A stretch of 64,000 bases of DNA, from the NCBI RefSeq assembly GCF_052425735.1, contig NC_135761.1:42160001-42224000 (forward strand), in the 5' to 3' direction. This DNA is from Oculina patagonica. Its lineage: Eukaryota. Within the stretch, counting starts at the first letter, position 1. Each line of letters opens with the position of its first letter. This document shows, piece by piece, positions 62,282 through 64,000 of the stretch. The notes under the pieces were generated by a model, which saw only the letters and a program-made list of their open reading frames with translations, was not told the origin of the DNA and made no database searches. The position numbers and the translations under genes are program-made.

Positions 62282-62944
62282 TTATTTCGAAATGTCGGTA
62301 GCGCTTTCGAGAAGTTTTTTTTCCAATCTTTTGCGTTCTTCTCTCTTGATTTCTTCCCGAATTTTTCCGATGTCTGGCTGGAGTGAATTTCTTTGTTTTT
62401 GTGCAAAGTTTGAGCGTAAAGTATCTTTAAGTTGTCGATATTTCTTCATTTCTCGTGTGATCAGTTGAAACTCTTTGTCAGAAACAAGATTATCATTCAG
62501 AGCTTGTGAGACAGAGCTGTTTATCGAGTCATGTTTTGCAACAGCCAGAGCGAGGATTCTTGAGTGCTTATTAACTTTACGTTCAAGCTTTTTGTTGATA
62601 ACTGACAGGCCAGTGGAAGCTGCGCCAGATATACCTGCTACTGCTGCAACAGGAACGCCGATAACAATTCCAACACCAGTAAGTGAAGTCGCAACAGCTC
62701 CAGAAGACAGAGCTGCCGTCACGGCGCCAAGACAGACCACGGAATAGTGAATAACTTTCCGGACTTTTTTATATTTTTTTAACACAAGCCTGTAATGCTC
62801 AGCTTCAGCGGATATTTCTTTTTCAATTTTACTTATTTCAGTCAGCCGAAAATTCTCGGCATTTGTTGGGAGGCTTGGATAAAGTTGTGTTTCTTCGCGA
62901 TCACCATAAGCAGGGGCACTCGGGAGAACATTAGCAGATGACAT
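62282..62944 (-). CDS. Polinton/adintovirus-type membrane protein (so-called gasderminX-like), 220 aa
   Basis: LYPSL..FRLTEISKIEKEI..E...Y....KKYKK, a Gly/Ala-rich double hydrophobic segment (SLTGVGIVIGVPVAAVAG), then KVNKH..I..LA..K...I...VSQAL.D..VSDKEF.LI..E..KY..LK. ATG at 62944. Confidence 0.75.
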   Translation of the reverse strand: MSSANVLPSAPAYGDREETQLYPSLPTNAENFRLTEISKIEKEISAEAEHYRLVLKKYKKVRKVIHYSVVCLGAVTAALSSGAVATSLTGVGIVIGVPVAAVAGISGAASTGLSVINKKLERKVNKHSRILALAVAKHDSINSSVSQALNDNLVSDKEFQLITREMKKYRQLKDTLRSNFAQKQRNSLQPDIGKIREEIKREERKRLEKKLLESATDISK

Positions 62945-62966
62945 GGTCGTATACAATAAAAAAAAA

Positions 62967-63632
62967 TTAATTTAATTCTAATTCAAAATGCAGCGGAGCT
63001 CCAACAAAGTCAAACTTACTGCCAGTTTTGTCTTTGACGGTCAATGTGACACTGTTCACACTCTGAACAGCGTTGGTTCGACGTGAATTATTGATAAAAT
63101 TTTGAGGGTAATGAACCAAATCATAAGGTTTCCCGGTTATTGGTACACAAGCGAGAATGTCACTTGGCTTTCCATTATACAAGTTATTTTCTTTGGAAAG
63201 TAAATCGCAGTGAATGTAATAAAAGTCTGGCTTAGTAAAATCTTCAATTCTTGCGTTAGCAGCATCAACAATTGTGTTCTTAAAAAGTTTAGAAAGATTT
63301 TTATCAAAAGAAAAGCTTTCAATATTTTTTGTTTTTGTTATTGAAAAGCCTCTTTTTAAATCATCCCTTTTTACTGTTAGCTTTTGTTGATCTTTGAACT
63401 TATTAGCCAGGTAAGTTGTAATTTCATCAAAATTGTAGTTGCCTGGAAAAAAATCAGCAACATTGTTGCTCACATTGTTTTGTTTAATGCTAATGGAGCC
63501 AATTTCTTCCAGATTACGCCAGCTGTTTTGTAACGAGCATGACAGCAGGCTGATAAACCTTGGTTTTTCAATTGGCTGGTCAAAGTAAACAGATTTCCTG
63601 TTGGAACTCGCGTCGATTGTGAGCACAACCAT
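62967..63632 (-). CDS. Minor capsid (penton-like, single jelly-roll) protein of a Polinton/adintovirus
   Basis: Beta-rich. N-terminal YFDQPI...ISLLSCSL.NSW.N, PGNY, YYIHCDLL...LYNGKPSDILA, and C-terminal VNSVTLTVKDKTGSKFDFVGAPLHFELEL. Confidence 0.75.
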   Translation of the reverse strand: MVVLTIDASSNRKSVYFDQPIEKPRFISLLSCSLQNSWRNLEEIGSISIKQNNVSNNVADFFPGNYNFDEITTYLANKFKDQQKLTVKRDDLKRGFSITKTKNIESFSFDKNLSKLFKNTIVDAANARIEDFTKPDFYYIHCDLLSKENNLYNGKPSDILACVPITGKPYDLVHYPQNFINNSRRTNAVQSVNSVTLTVKDKTGSKFDFVGAPLHFELELN

Positions 63633-63672
63633 CTTTATAATTATCTTTTGAAAAATAAATCTTTAATATAAA

Positions 63673-64000
63673 ATGGCTCCGCCTATTCCGAGAGCTGATG
63701 ACATTTCTCAATCAACTTTTCTTGATTCCAAAGAAAGAGATTTTATGAAGTGGATGAAAACCCCAGAAGCAACTAAAATTTCTGAAGCGGCAAAAGACAA
63801 TGCGTGGAAACCTTTTCTTGCAAAATATCCAAACGCTGACCGAACAAAATTTGTTGCACAGGTTGAGTTTGCGTACAACCACACAGCAACGGCAGACATT
63901 TATTACAAGGCAGAGCAAGGCCATTTGATAAATGTTTTTGGCTCTGACAGCAAATATTGGAGCCCAGAGATGAAAAAAGCACTGGGGGTGAATCAAATTT
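63673..64000 (+). CDS. Uncharacterised viral-element ORF, 3'-partial (absent from the ORF track)
   Basis: tataaaATGgct start. Open for 109 codons to the window end (MAPPIPRADD..FLAKYPNADRTKF..YWSPEMKKALG). Divergent from the penton-like gene. Confidence 0.7.
   Translation, partial: MAPPIPRADDISQSTFLDSKERDFMKWMKTPEATKISEAAKDNAWKPFLAKYPNADRTKFVAQVEFAYNHTATADIYYKAEQGHLINVFGSDSKYWSPEMKKALGVNQI

Larger units (their letters stand above)
62282..64000. mobile_element. Endogenous Polinton/Maverick (adintovirus-like) virus region, continuing beyond the window
   Basis: Three tightly packed, intronless, uninterrupted ORFs (intergenic gaps of 22 and 40 bp), including a penton-like protein. Left boundary undetermined. 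Confidence 0.78.

Noticed and set aside
62282-64000. Bacterial or phage contamination explaining the compact genes
   Set aside because: No Shine-Dalgarno-like starts. The AATAAA and TATAAA-ATG signals and the protein motifs fit a eukaryotic Polinton-like virus, and there is no gap at the junction.

Overview
AT-rich eukaryotic (animal) genomic DNA. By inference it is a cnidarian, probably a stony coral, judging from the TE families and GT-AG intron style. There is one 500-N gap and no recognisable conserved host gene; the window is a stack of nested mobile elements. Left to right: (1) an internally deleted ISL2EU/Harbinger-type element (DDE transposase plus a SWIM-YqaJ nuclease gene). (2) A 6.25-kb CACTA/EnSpm element with TIRs and a GAT TSD. 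Its transposase is truncated, but it carries an apparently intact 8-exon, 374-aa SAM-domain gene that the ORF track misses, plus a strictly phased array of CCAATATTGG palindromes. (3) A CR1/L2-group LINE fragment. (4) A THAP/P-element-like transposase relic split by a Penelope-like element (GIY-YIG plus a minimal hammerhead ribozyme) and a Foldback/MULE-like element. (5) A DIRS tyrosine-recombinase retrotransposon. (6) A DUF6589/Academ-like transposase pseudogene. (7) A spliced, partly duplicated SF3/DUF927-like helicase pseudogene. (8) piggyBac, hAT, Crypton, CACTA and KDZ relics. (9) Two Tx1/L1-clade LINEs with TSDs, one holding a third nested copy. (10) Several MITEs. (11) At the right edge, compact intronless genes of an endogenous Polinton/Maverick (adintovirus-like) virus: a penton-like minor capsid protein and a membrane protein carrying PSAP and LYPxL late-domain motifs. 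All family assignments come from motif recognition by eye; no database search was run.
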